Of a stretch of 64,000 bases of DNA, positions 18,695-27,451 are shown piece after piece; the first letter of the stretch is position 1; each line of letters starts with the position of its first letter. A program made the translations under genes and the position numbers. The stretch lies in the sequence record PQ287642.1; one strand, 5' to 3'. The notes below the pieces were generated by a model that had not been told where the DNA came from, did not search any database, and saw only the letters and a program-made list of their open reading frames with translations.

Positions 18695-19522
18695 TCAGCG
18701 TAATAGCGCGTAACATTCTTTAAGTTCTTTACTGCCATGAGTTGTAATGTCATGATAGATTTTGTCTTGTGTAGTTACAGGCGACCAACGTCTCGAAGCA
18801 GCTAACTGTTTCAGTTGGGCCTTAATAGCTTTTGGTTGTGCATCGAAAACAACGCTATCGCCAAACACTTGTAGAGTGAATTTAGTGAATGGGATGGGCG
18901 TATCCTCTTTTATGCCGTTAAGCTTGGTGTACCACAAGTTGTACGGTTTTATTTTCCCTGTGTGGGATTCCAACAAAAGAAGACGATCGAAATATTGTTT
19001 CCACAATAGCTCGTGTGGAAAATGGGTAACCAAAGCGATCGTACCTTGGGTCCTTACTGGAGCTTTATCGATCTCCATCACTTCTATTCCTGCATCTTTC
19101 ATTTGATGCAGAAGTTCAATTGCCGCGTAACGTTCGTATACTTCATATGCCATTTGTTTTGGCGTTTTGGCTTCTTTATAAATAGCCTTGGGGTATTCCC
19201 ACTTGACCGCGTCTTTAGATGCAATATACCAACGCACCTTGACTTTCGATCCATGTTGCCCCAGTGCAACCGGAATTGTCTGTATTTCCTGCATTAGGAT
19301 TGTAACAGCATCAGCTGGATTAATGCCATGGACTTTATCCGTAGCTACAGCTGAATTAAGATTACGGGCCAATGTTCGAAGATTGACCCATATCTCTTTT
19401 ACCGATTTAACGTCAATCGGATGCTTAGGTTGATTCGGGTGAATTCCTAAGAATCCCTCAAAGGCAAGAGAAGTACCGATACTAACTGGAAGTTGTCCGA
19501 CATCTCTTTCAATGAGTTCCAT
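18695..19522 (-). CDS. Conserved core protein (gp66-like), possible degenerate PIN/FEN fold
   Basis: 275 aa; IWVNLRTLARN and IALVTHFPHELL resemble 5'-nuclease motifs without the acidic residues. Confidence 0.5.
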   Translation of the reverse strand: MELIERDVGQLPVSIGTSLAFEGFLGIHPNQPKHPIDVKSVKEIWVNLRTLARNLNSAVATDKVHGINPADAVTILMQEIQTIPVALGQHGSKVKVRWYIASKDAVKWEYPKAIYKEAKTPKQMAYEVYERYAAIELLHQMKDAGIEVMEIDKAPVRTQGTIALVTHFPHELLWKQYFDRLLLLESHTGKIKPYNLWYTKLNGIKEDTPIPFTKFTLQVFGDSVVFDAQPKAIKAQLKQLAASRRWSPVTTQDKIYHDITTHGSKELKECYALLR

Positions 19523-19524
19523 AT

Positions 19525-20670
19525 TTAATTCCTAACGAACTGTGCCAACCTTTCAAGACAACGGACTTGTATGGTCTGATCATCAGTGACTTTTGAAATC
19601 TCTTCTTTAAGAAGATCACTAATTGTCTCTGGTGTAATAGCGATAAACTTAGACATGTCAAATTCTTTTAGACTTGTCGCTACACTATTCTTTTTCTTAG
19701 TAGCTTTTTCCACCAAGACAGACCATTCGTAGTTAGGATACTCAACTCGAAATGTTTCGATATCGCCGTTAGCTACGTCCATTGGGTCACAACGCAGTCG
19801 TATAGCAGAATACTTGGGTAGTTCTGCTAAGGTTTCTTTTACTTTATTAAGAAGTTGTTTAGTATCATAACCGTGAACTTCTAAAGTAACATACTTCTTA
19901 GCATTCTTGTTCTTTATAAATGTCGCCGTGAAATTACCATCCTCACGAACGATAAAATGAAACAACCCTTTATCGATCTCATCGCCATGACAGATTCGAT
20001 CGAAAGAACCAGCTGCGTAAATTCTATCATTAATAGTCATGTTGTGGACATGACCAATTAAGATCTGATGTTTTACTAAAGCTAAGTATTCTTCTTCATC
20101 GTGAGTTGGTTCTTCTACAATGGAAGGTAGCTGATAACTAAATGCACCATGCATAATAGCAAAGTCAACCTTCTCTATGCCCAGTGAAGCCATCTGTTCT
20201 TTTACCTGCGATAAAGTAACAGCTGTTGATGGATGCCATTTATCTGGGACATAAAGAAAATGTGCATCGAGCTTCTCAATATACTCAATTGACAGTGTCT
20301 TAGAGTAATGGAGATCGACTGGAATATTTACGTTTACTTTTTGCTCTACAAAGAACTGGGTTTGTTCCCTATCATGGCTAGGTGTACCTTCAACTATTCT
20401 GAGCATCACGTTATTTGCAGCGCAGCGCATCATGAACGTTGTTGCCCAACGGTTTATCTGATGTACAGATTCATCACCGTAGTTAAGCTGTCGGTCGAAT
20501 AGGTCACCAGTAATAATGACCATATCGAGTTCCTTTAACATCTTGTCTGTAATAACTTTATCTAAGTTTAACAGAATATGAGAGGTAGGAGTTGTCCGAT
20601 GACCTAGGTGAATATCACCTAGGCTTATATATCGAAATGTACCGGGGAACTTTGTTTTATCAGTCTTCAT
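19525..20670 (-). CDS. sbcD: SbcD/Mre11-like metallophosphoesterase nuclease (gp65-like)
   Basis: GDIHLG, ITGDLFD, GTPSHD, HGAF, GHVH, AGSF motifs; likely start ATG 20670. Confidence 0.9.
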   Translation of the reverse strand: MKTDKTKFPGTFRYISLGDIHLGHRTTPTSHILLNLDKVITDKMLKELDMVIITGDLFDRQLNYGDESVHQINRWATTFMMRCAANNVMLRIVEGTPSHDREQTQFFVEQKVNVNIPVDLHYSKTLSIEYIEKLDAHFLYVPDKWHPSTAVTLSQVKEQMASLGIEKVDFAIMHGAFSYQLPSIVEEPTHDEEEYLALVKHQILIGHVHNMTINDRIYAAGSFDRICHGDEIDKGLFHFIVREDGNFTATFIKNKNAKKYVTLEVHGYDTKQLLNKVKETLAELPKYSAIRLRCDPMDVANGDIETFRVEYPNYEWSVLVEKATKKKNSVATSLKEFDMSKFIAITPETISDLLKEEISKVTDDQTIQVRCLERLAQFVRN

Positions 20671-21271
20671 AATCGTCGTCAAATGAGCTTGTATCAGCCT
20701 GTTGACGTACACTACCATTAGACCCTTTAACGGGAACACCCCCGGCGAGGGTGTACAATGGATTCCCACTTTCATCTTCGAAAGTGCGGTTGTACATCGC
20801 CAGGATGTTAGCTAAAGGAATGAGAACACTTTTGTCCACGGTTGTAGTAATAGATACACTACTTAAGAATTCCGTGATATACGGTTCAAGATCTTGCAGA
20901 GACCGTTCACGTTCAATAGCAATGTAATCTACTACATGTGAAATAGATGCAGTTGTAGCATCGGCTGCCCATGAGGTAGCTGGCCTGGGATACAAAGCTG
21001 GTACAGTAAAAAGAATCTTCGGCTCTGCTTCATTAGAAGCTACACGCAGAGGATTTGTCAATTCTAGTACGTATTTCCGATAACGGGTTAAGTTATCAGT
21101 ATCCCATGGTCTTACTAGTAGGGGTAAGACCTCTTTCACAAACCTGTCTTCCAGGATAATGGGCAACTGCATCTCGTCGTTTGCGATGATTGTATTCAGA
21201 CAATCATCGATTCCACGCGTTACATGACGTGCGCGGATTTCTTCAGCTGTATCAGTTTGATACTGGCTCAT
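20660..21271 (-). CDS. Conserved hypothetical protein
   Basis: 203-aa ORF, GGAG RBS. Confidence 0.7.
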   Translation of the reverse strand: MSQYQTDTAEEIRARHVTRGIDDCLNTIIANDEMQLPIILEDRFVKEVLPLLVRPWDTDNLTRYRKYVLELTNPLRVASNEAEPKILFTVPALYPRPATSWAADATTASISHVVDYIAIERERSLQDLEPYITEFLSSVSITTTVDKSVLIPLANILAMYNRTFEDESGNPLYTLAGGVPVKGSNGSVRQQADTSSFDDDYED

Positions 21272-21842
21272 TCAATTCTCCTTGTACTTTTTCAAGTGCA
21301 TCTTTAGAAGCAAGGATATTAATGACGATTGCATTCTGACCTTCAAACAGTTCATCATGTTGCTTCAGGTATTGAACGAATGGTTCGGTTCCATGGTTTT
21401 GGATTTGATCGGGGGTATTAATAGATGCGAAATCAATACCACCATCTTCTCGTTTGGTTGCAATTACACTATTCTCGTGTGCCGTTACGTTAACACCATC
21501 AACAACTTCAATAGTAAAACCATAACGACGTGTGGATACTTCTTGAGTCATATGCTCAAGACTTTCACGAAGGCTATTATTCAACCCACCAAAGAAACTA
21601 GAGAGAATCTTAATGACACGGAGTTCATGTAGATCTTCCGATTGGGTCAATGCTTCCAAAATTTGTTTAATAGCCTTTTCAGAAACATGAAGCCTTTCGC
21701 TCAGCCGTTCTACCGTGCGATTAAGATGTTCCACTCGTTGAATGAGTGCATCTGTTTCATTAAGGTCAGGAGCAGATTTAACATCTGATTCCCCATCGAC
21801 CAGTATCTGTGCTTCTTCCATTTGAGAATCAAGATTCGTCAT
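21252..21842 (-). CDS. Hypothetical coiled-coil protein
   Basis: Heptad-like LIQRVEHLNRTVERLSERL; start probably 21842. Confidence 0.65.
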   Translation of the reverse strand: MTNLDSQMEEAQILVDGESDVKSAPDLNETDALIQRVEHLNRTVERLSERLHVSEKAIKQILEALTQSEDLHELRVIKILSSFFGGLNNSLRESLEHMTQEVSTRRYGFTIEVVDGVNVTAHENSVIATKREDGGIDFASINTPDQIQNHGTEPFVQYLKQHDELFEGQNAIVINILASKDALEKVQGELNEPVSN

Positions 21843-21846
21843 ATAT

Positions 21847-22251
21847 TTACCCGTTGTTGATATTAGCAATATTCACAATGTGTGAATTTTGGAATTGAAC
21901 CAGTTTACCCACTGTATACTCTTTAGTACCATCAGTGACTATACCTGTAAACTGAATGGAGAATGCATCCGGATTATCTGGACTCGCTGGAACAATACTA
22001 ACCAAAGCCTGAGCTGATTCACCAAACACGGTTCGTAGTTTATTTGTTAGTACATCACGAAGCTGAATTTCCAGATTAAGGATATCGTTAGCATATTCCT
22101 TCAGTAGATATTGAAGCGAAGTATTTTGTGTCCTATGTAACGTTGACATGGACCTATTTGTTGTAAGGAAAGTAGAGATGATGTAGTCTGCTTTGGATTC
22201 CATTGAGGTAATCCAACCATCAGTACCTAGTGTTGGGAGAGAGACTGTCAT
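21847..22251 (-). CDS. Conserved virion protein, possibly T4 gp25-like
   Basis: 134 aa, helix-then-strand pattern; function weakly inferred. Confidence 0.45.
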   Translation of the reverse strand: MTVSLPTLGTDGWITSMESKADYIISTFLTTNRSMSTLHRTQNTSLQYLLKEYANDILNLEIQLRDVLTNKLRTVFGESAQALVSIVPASPDNPDAFSIQFTGIVTDGTKEYTVGKLVQFQNSHIVNIANINNG

Positions 22252-22283
22252 GGCAACTCCAAAAAAAAATAATAGGAAAGTAT

Positions 22284-22303
22284 GCGGAGTCCTAAGACTC
22301 CGC
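22284..22303 (-). terminator. Hairpin terminator
   Basis: GCGGAGTC-TTAG-GACTCCGC with a U-run further downstream. Confidence 0.7.
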
Positions 22304-22320
22304 TAACTACATCATTGGAC

Positions 22321-22743
22321 TCAATCGGACTCCACGAAAAGGAAGTCTAAGAAAGGATGTCCGAATGGCAACTCAATCCTTTTTCGGGTATAGCCGCCAC
22401 CGATAGCGTTGATTGCTTCCCAAATACGACCATCATGAATTTCCACGAAATGTACTTTATCATTAGGGTCATTGGAAATCTGTAATTGAATCGTATCTGG
22501 GAATCCAGGGGGACCCATGACAATTATTTCATTTTTGTCAATTACTTCGACGCCATCACGTTCAATACAACAATACCATTTATTACCGTCGCGATGTATC
22601 TTAACCATCTTATCAGGGTTATTGGCACAGTAAGTTACTACATTCATACGCCCTTTTTGAGCTTGTATTTTTTGAGCGTAACTATCGAGAATAGGGCGAC
22701 GTGCTTTATTAGGATCGGCCTTAAACGACACCGGTTCGATCAT
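22321..22743 (-). CDS. Hypothetical protein
   Basis: 140-aa ORF, AAGGA RBS. Confidence 0.7.
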   Translation of the reverse strand: MIEPVSFKADPNKARRPILDSYAQKIQAQKGRMNVVTYCANNPDKMVKIHRDGNKWYCCIERDGVEVIDKNEIIVMGPPGFPDTIQLQISNDPNDKVHFVEIHDGRIWEAINAIGGGYTRKRIELPFGHPFLDFLFVESD

Positions 22744-22771
22744 ACTAAATTCCTTATATCCTCGTTATAAA

Positions 22772-22791
22772 GGAGTCCCCTAAGGGACTCC
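22772..22791 (-). terminator. Hairpin terminator
   Basis: GGAGTCCC-TTAG-GGGACTCC then TTTATA. Confidence 0.75.
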
Positions 22792-22801
22792 GTTTATGTT
22801 G

Positions 22802-23416
22802 TTAACCCAACAAGTTCCCTACAGGACTGGTTGGATCCATTTCGTTTTCATCTAGAGCAACATTCACAAGATTCCATGAACGGAGAATATCAACCTTCTC
22901 GTAGAGAGAAAGCTCTTTATCACCTTCTGGGATTTCTTCGTAGAACTGCTTGACTACGGTGTGGTCATCATTGACAACCAGTACTTCGTCCATCACACGA
23001 CGATAATCGTAATGGCGTTCGCCAACACGATCACCATGATGGTTTACATACGAATCAGCATAACCTTCAACCATGTTGTTCAGATACATACCACGCAGGC
23101 GTTCTTGTGCCATGATGTATCGTTGCATGATAGGATTTGCGGTTTGCAATTGCTCTAACGTGTACAGTCCGTGAATGTTGTTAGACATCCAACTGTTATC
23201 CGTTTTAGCAACAATGTTCCGCATCGCCTGTACCGCTGTGCTGGTACTGATCATCTGGTAAAGATTTTGTGCTTGATCGAAGAACGAAGTTGCCATCGAA
23301 CTCAGGTTACTACGAAGTGTCTGAGAACGTTCACCCAACCAGTTCGTGGTATTTTGATCCAGATGGCCACCAGCGACGATGTCCATCAGATCGACGCCGT
23401 ATGCCTGTTGTAACAT
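22802..23416 (-). CDS. Conserved Chimalliviridae core protein (possibly phiKZ gp59/Imp3-like)
   Basis: 204 aa directly downstream of the nvRNAP beta' N subunit; identity from synteny only. Confidence 0.45.
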   Translation of the reverse strand: MLQQAYGVDLMDIVAGGHLDQNTTNWLGERSQTLRSNLSSMATSFFDQAQNLYQMISTSTAVQAMRNIVAKTDNSWMSNNIHGLYTLEQLQTANPIMQRYIMAQERLRGMYLNNMVEGYADSYVNHHGDRVGERHYDYRRVMDEVLVVNDDHTVVKQFYEEIPEGDKELSLYEKVDILRSWNLVNVALDENEMDPTSPVGNLLG

Positions 23417-23436
23417 GGATTACTCCTCTTGGATCG

Positions 23437-24903
23437 TTAAGCTGCTTTCGCCAACCATTCTTCCAAGGACGGAAGATAGTCCTCGTGAGCATAGTTGATG
23501 ATGGTCTCTACTACCGGACCTTGTAGTTCCAAGTTACCCGAGATCTCGTGCGGATCATCAGGACTCAGTACCCAAGTATGCGGAGCGATTCGTTCAGTTG
23601 CATTAGCCAGATAGTTATCGGGCATCAACGTCAAATTCAACTGATCGCCGTCGAAATCCGCATTAGGAGCTTTAAGACAGAGGACCGACATGCTGATCGA
23701 GTTATCGCGAATGTCATTCTTGATAACGGTGATGAAGAACTGTTGAGTCGAACCACGTTGCAGAGTCGGGTTGCGGTGGAATACACAAGGAAGACCCTTA
23801 TACTTCGATTCCGCGATGATCTCTTTGAACAGTTGATCGATGACTTCGTTGTACTTCAGAACGTTCTCGTAAATGAACGAGTTCGCTTGGCGAGTCGTCA
23901 TACGGAATTTGCGTTTGAGCTTGTTGATCAGATGATACTTCAACAGCTGACAACCGACACCCCACGGAATGTGAAGTTCATCGTAATCATGCGGATCACT
24001 GATAGAAGTAATTACTGCACGCGCAGTCAGGTTAAGACGACCACCTAGTACATGTCGACGAACCAAACCGGGTTTCTGTGCAATTCGTTGTTTGTCGTAG
24101 TTCTCGTGGAAGATAGCTAGAAGCTTCAGTGCACGAGCTACACGGTTTTGTACAGTGATTGGTTTCAGCGGAATTGCCGAACTACCGATACTACTAATAG
24201 TCAGTACCGCATCGATTGCTGCGCCGATCGGCTTATCGATGTAAACACCCGAGGTCGTAGACTCTACAACGAAGCAGAGTTTAGTTGGGATCGGAATGTT
24301 CTTCGGGAACAGATGTTCTTTATTCTGGTTAACGAATGCAGCCATCTCACCTTTGTTGGTATTGATGATACTGCTATCGAGCAAGAACTGGAAGATCGTA
24401 TCGAAGTTCTGAACGAAGTTGTTCAGTCCACGCGGGAACTGGCGAGCCAGCAACTTGTCAAGTTTCCGTTTTGTTTCCTTCGAACTGATCGTATCGTAAT
24501 CGTACTGATACTGGGTGTTGGTCAGATACTCCAGGAAGTCGAATTCTTTCATCGACATATAACCTGAAAGCATAATCCACAACTCGGGACTCACCAGACG
24601 ATCCACCCCTTCCGGTGCCCGAATCCACATCGATGGAACGATGGGTCGGTTGCTCGTGCTTACTACTGGTGTACCGCAGTTATCGCAGATTACCCCAAGC
24701 TTGTATGCTTCTGTGATATGCTCACAGTCACACGAAGCTGAGTTCTCGATCGCATCTGCATCCTGATAATGGGAGAACAGATAACGTTGGAATTCCTCCT
24801 TTTGTTCAGCATTGCTGGTATTAAAGTCATTAGCGAATACTACTTTACCTCTTTGGTTAGCGAGCATCTCGTCATGATTGACAACCTGAGCATATAGACC
24901 CAT
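23437..24903 (-). CDS. Non-virion RNAP catalytic beta' N-terminal subunit (phiKZ gp55-like), uninterrupted
   Basis: NADFDGD catalytic motif, HRNPTL, RAVI, N-terminal Zn ribbon (CDC...CDNC). Confidence 0.95.
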   Translation of the reverse strand: MGLYAQVVNHDEMLANQRGKVVFANDFNTSNAEQKEEFQRYLFSHYQDADAIENSASCDCEHITEAYKLGVICDNCGTPVVSTSNRPIVPSMWIRAPEGVDRLVSPELWIMLSGYMSMKEFDFLEYLTNTQYQYDYDTISSKETKRKLDKLLARQFPRGLNNFVQNFDTIFQFLLDSSIINTNKGEMAAFVNQNKEHLFPKNIPIPTKLCFVVESTTSGVYIDKPIGAAIDAVLTISSIGSSAIPLKPITVQNRVARALKLLAIFHENYDKQRIAQKPGLVRRHVLGGRLNLTARAVITSISDPHDYDELHIPWGVGCQLLKYHLINKLKRKFRMTTRQANSFIYENVLKYNEVIDQLFKEIIAESKYKGLPCVFHRNPTLQRGSTQQFFITVIKNDIRDNSISMSVLCLKAPNADFDGDQLNLTLMPDNYLANATERIAPHTWVLSPDDPHEISGNLELQGPVVETIINYAHEDYLPSLEEWLAKAA

Positions 24904-24927
24904 ACCTACTTCCTATTATGTCTCGAC

Positions 24928-24964
24928 AAAAAAAGGAGATAGAAGCGGCTCCCGAAGGAGCCGC
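24928..24964 (-). terminator. Intrinsic terminator closing the chmA 3' region
   Basis: GCGGCUCC-UUCG-GGAGCCGC, stem extension, then U7. Confidence 0.85.
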
Positions 24965-25295
24965 CTTATCTACTATCGATGGACCACCAACGGAGCCTGG
25001 CACGATCCTAGCATCGTCTACAAAGCTTAACCTCCGCTCTTCTCTGTAGCACTTTGACACTAGGACCTTTTACCATCCATCGTTGTTTGATCACACGTTA
25101 CCCAAGAGTAACTCCTTTCGGTTAAGTGATCACTCACGGCCCGTGTAGCGAGAGGTCGACCTAGACTTTACGCCCACTAGTCGATTACTTCGCGGAACCT
25201 ACTCCTAACCGTTATCACCGAAGTGAACCAGGGTCGCAGTATTTGAATCGGGATGCCAGCCTTCTGACACCCCTATCAACCGGGGGAGTTGTTTC
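24965..25295 (-). ncRNA. Candidate large structured RNA 3' of chmA, class unknown
   Basis: No credible ORF; about 51% GC; at least 8 helices, UUCG/GAAA/CUUG tetraloops, possible pseudoknot. Confidence 0.7.
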
Positions 25296-27161
25296 TTAGT
25301 ACAGAGTACCAACCGAACCTACCATGTTCATCTGGTAGCCGCCACCAACGCCCATGCCGTTGACAACCTGTGCGGTAGAACCGACAGCGAAGTCTTGGAT
25401 CATGGTGTTGCCAACGAAGCGCTGAGCACCGAAGACCTGTGCAACGTTGTCCATTGCTACAGTCAGACCAGCAGCAGCAATCGCCTTATCCAGACCCTCG
25501 ATGAACTTCGGGTTGAAGATACCACGATGTGCACGAGTGGTGTAGGTTACAGCACCTAGGAACGCACGGTCGTAGTTCTTGGATTGCTTGTTACGCAGTT
25601 CCGGATGGATGTTCGGGTTGCATTGAGTACCGTACCAGGACATCCACTCTTGTTGGTTGCCCTCAGCAGCGTTCAGTGCACCCAGTGCATCCAGGTCACG
25701 ACGGTCACGTTTCTCGTCGCCATCCCAGTAGTAGCCCTTGTTCACTTCAGTGCCAGTCGATGCAATGATCGGCTGAGTGTTGAAGTCGAAGAAGCGCTCG
25801 AAGCCACCACCAACCAGGTTCTGTACAGCGCGAATGATCGCGGCAGTAGCTTTCTGTTGGTTCGGGCCACCCATGGCATCCAGGAAGATTACGTCCAGTG
25901 CTGCGTTGTCGCCCATGCGATCCAGATCGATCAGGAAGGACGGGTTCGGACGAACCATGCTCAGCATCAGATCAGCGAAGTTCTGATCGGTGAAGGTATC
26001 GGACTTGGTATCGATCTTCTTACCCAGGTTGGACAGCCAACCCAGAGCACCGATGTCACCCAGGTCTTTAACTTTACCAACTTGAGGCAGGAACTTACGA
26101 GCCCAAGCCTGGCCAGCGGTTACGCGGAAGGCGTTCGACAGAGCGAAGAGGTACAGTTCCAGAGTGTTTGCCTTGATCCAGTTGGCCTGACGAATGTCGG
26201 TTACCAGGATCGCCGGGGAGAACGGCGGCAGCGGTTGGGTCTGTTGACCGAACATCTGGGCTTGCGGAGTGGGGGTGTACTCCAGGGTTACTTGTACCGA
26301 CACCTGGTTCAGCATGGTGTCTGCTTCGTAGAACTCGTTCTCTTGCTGACCTTGTTTCTTGGTACGGTTCAGGCTGATCACGATATCGGACTTGATCGGG
26401 TTACCGACGCTGTCCATTACCGGACGACCGGAGAAGTCCATCTTGGCAGCCAGGGTTTCATCTTGACCGCGCAGCATTGCGATCTGGAACGGAGTCTCGC
26501 CAGCTTTCTTAGCCAGAACGTCGTCACACAGGTTGACGGAACGGATCAGAATGTCTTTCAGCAGGACTTCGTCTTTCAGATCGAATTCAGCCGGGATCGG
26601 CAGCGGGCCAGCCGGGTGTACTTCAGCCTTCGGACGACCGGTGGTCTGACGAACGAATTCGCAGATGCGGTTCCAGTACTGAACGGTGAATACGTCTTGT
26701 ACTTCGACGTCTACATCGAAGCGATCGTGGCTCATGCCGTTCTGAATGGTAACCTGACGCGGAGGCAGGGTGATTGCCGGGTTCGGCATGATCAGCGGAC
26801 GAACTACGATGATACCGTTGCCACCAGCAGCGTGCTTGACGATCAGCAGCGCGGAGTAGCCAACACGGTTGGCATCACGGTCGAAACGCAGAATCTGGAA
26901 ATCGTTTTCCAGGTCTTGATGGTCGATGGCATCTTTGCCAACGCGGGTCATTACTTGCAGCGCTTCGCTCGCACGGGCGTCGCCGCCATCAGTACGACCG
27001 GAACGTTTGAACATGTTCGGCAGGCCGGAAATACCGCCTTGCAGAGCTTGAGGTGCAGCTTGTTGCATACGAGGAGCTTCCTGTTGTGCGCGCGGAGCAG
27101 CTTGAGCCGGAGCGTTGTTGGCTTGAGCTTGAGTGTTTTGAGTTTCGGTATCACGAATCAT
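25296..27161 (-). CDS. chmA: Chimallin, major phage-nucleus shell protein
   Basis: 621 aa; GGDARASEAL, LRFDRD, QENEFYE, FALSNAFR, DIGALGW, DGDEKRDRRDLD and NAAEGN match my recollection of 201phi2-1 gp105. Confidence 0.97.
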   Translation of the reverse strand: MIRDTETQNTQAQANNAPAQAAPRAQQEAPRMQQAAPQALQGGISGLPNMFKRSGRTDGGDARASEALQVMTRVGKDAIDHQDLENDFQILRFDRDANRVGYSALLIVKHAAGGNGIIVVRPLIMPNPAITLPPRQVTIQNGMSHDRFDVDVEVQDVFTVQYWNRICEFVRQTTGRPKAEVHPAGPLPIPAEFDLKDEVLLKDILIRSVNLCDDVLAKKAGETPFQIAMLRGQDETLAAKMDFSGRPVMDSVGNPIKSDIVISLNRTKKQGQQENEFYEADTMLNQVSVQVTLEYTPTPQAQMFGQQTQPLPPFSPAILVTDIRQANWIKANTLELYLFALSNAFRVTAGQAWARKFLPQVGKVKDLGDIGALGWLSNLGKKIDTKSDTFTDQNFADLMLSMVRPNPSFLIDLDRMGDNAALDVIFLDAMGGPNQQKATAAIIRAVQNLVGGGFERFFDFNTQPIIASTGTEVNKGYYWDGDEKRDRRDLDALGALNAAEGNQQEWMSWYGTQCNPNIHPELRNKQSKNYDRAFLGAVTYTTRAHRGIFNPKFIEGLDKAIAAAGLTVAMDNVAQVFGAQRFVGNTMIQDFAVGSTAQVVNGMGVGGGYQMNMVGSVGTLY

Positions 27162-27230
27162 GATTTGTTCCTATGTTTGTAACGTTTCTTGATCAAGAAT
27201 GAGATCCAACAGTGTATTGGATTCAAAACT

Positions 27231-27248
27231 GTTATATAGATCTCAGAT
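27231..27248 (-). promoter_or_regulatory. Early promoter of chmA
   Basis: ATCTGAGATCTATATAAC, 70 nt upstream of the ATG. Confidence 0.75.
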
Positions 27249-27372
27249 TTTTTTTAATGCAATATAGACCGGAGGACCCGCTATAAAAGCAAGGTCATTT
27301 GAGGACATTCAGTCTTCACATACTGTATTACATATTTGTTTCCTTAAGATTCAAACTTCAGTATGCAGTGAT

Positions 27373-27440
27373 CTGGGGCATAGCTCAAATAGCAGGTCAG
27401 GACCTCACGGTCATTTCCTGTATTAAATAACTAGCCCCAG
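27373..27440 (-). other. Long irregular RNA hairpin with GNRA cap upstream of chmA
   Basis: CUGGGGCUAG/CUAUGCCCCAG, AUACAGG/CCUGCUAU, GACC-GUGA-GGUC. Confidence 0.6.
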
Positions 27441-27451
27441 TATTTCTTTTC

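Noticed and set aside
24872-25060. 62-aa minus-strand ORF across the chmA 3' region
   Set aside because: GTG start without RBS; runs through the terminator and into the nvRNAP start in another frame; sequence better explained by RNA stems
24992-25273. tmRNA-like reading of the chmA-downstream RNA (5' GGGGUG able to pair with GCUCC including a G3-U pair; similar size)
   Set aside because: No T-arm GUUCRA, no A discriminator or CCA end, no tag ORF ending in Ala-Ala, and the 5' GGGG is better paired locally
24965-25295. Group I/II intron, RNase P or small-ribozyme identity for the same RNA
   Set aside because: I could not find the P7 R/S elements, a domain V, the RNase P GAGGAAAGUCC, or the hammerhead CUGAUGA core; flanks are not exons of one gene
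25584-27182. 532-aa + strand ORF antisense to chmA
   Set aside because: Shadow ORF from the strong codon bias of a highly expressed gene; no RBS or motifs; fully overlaps a confident CDS
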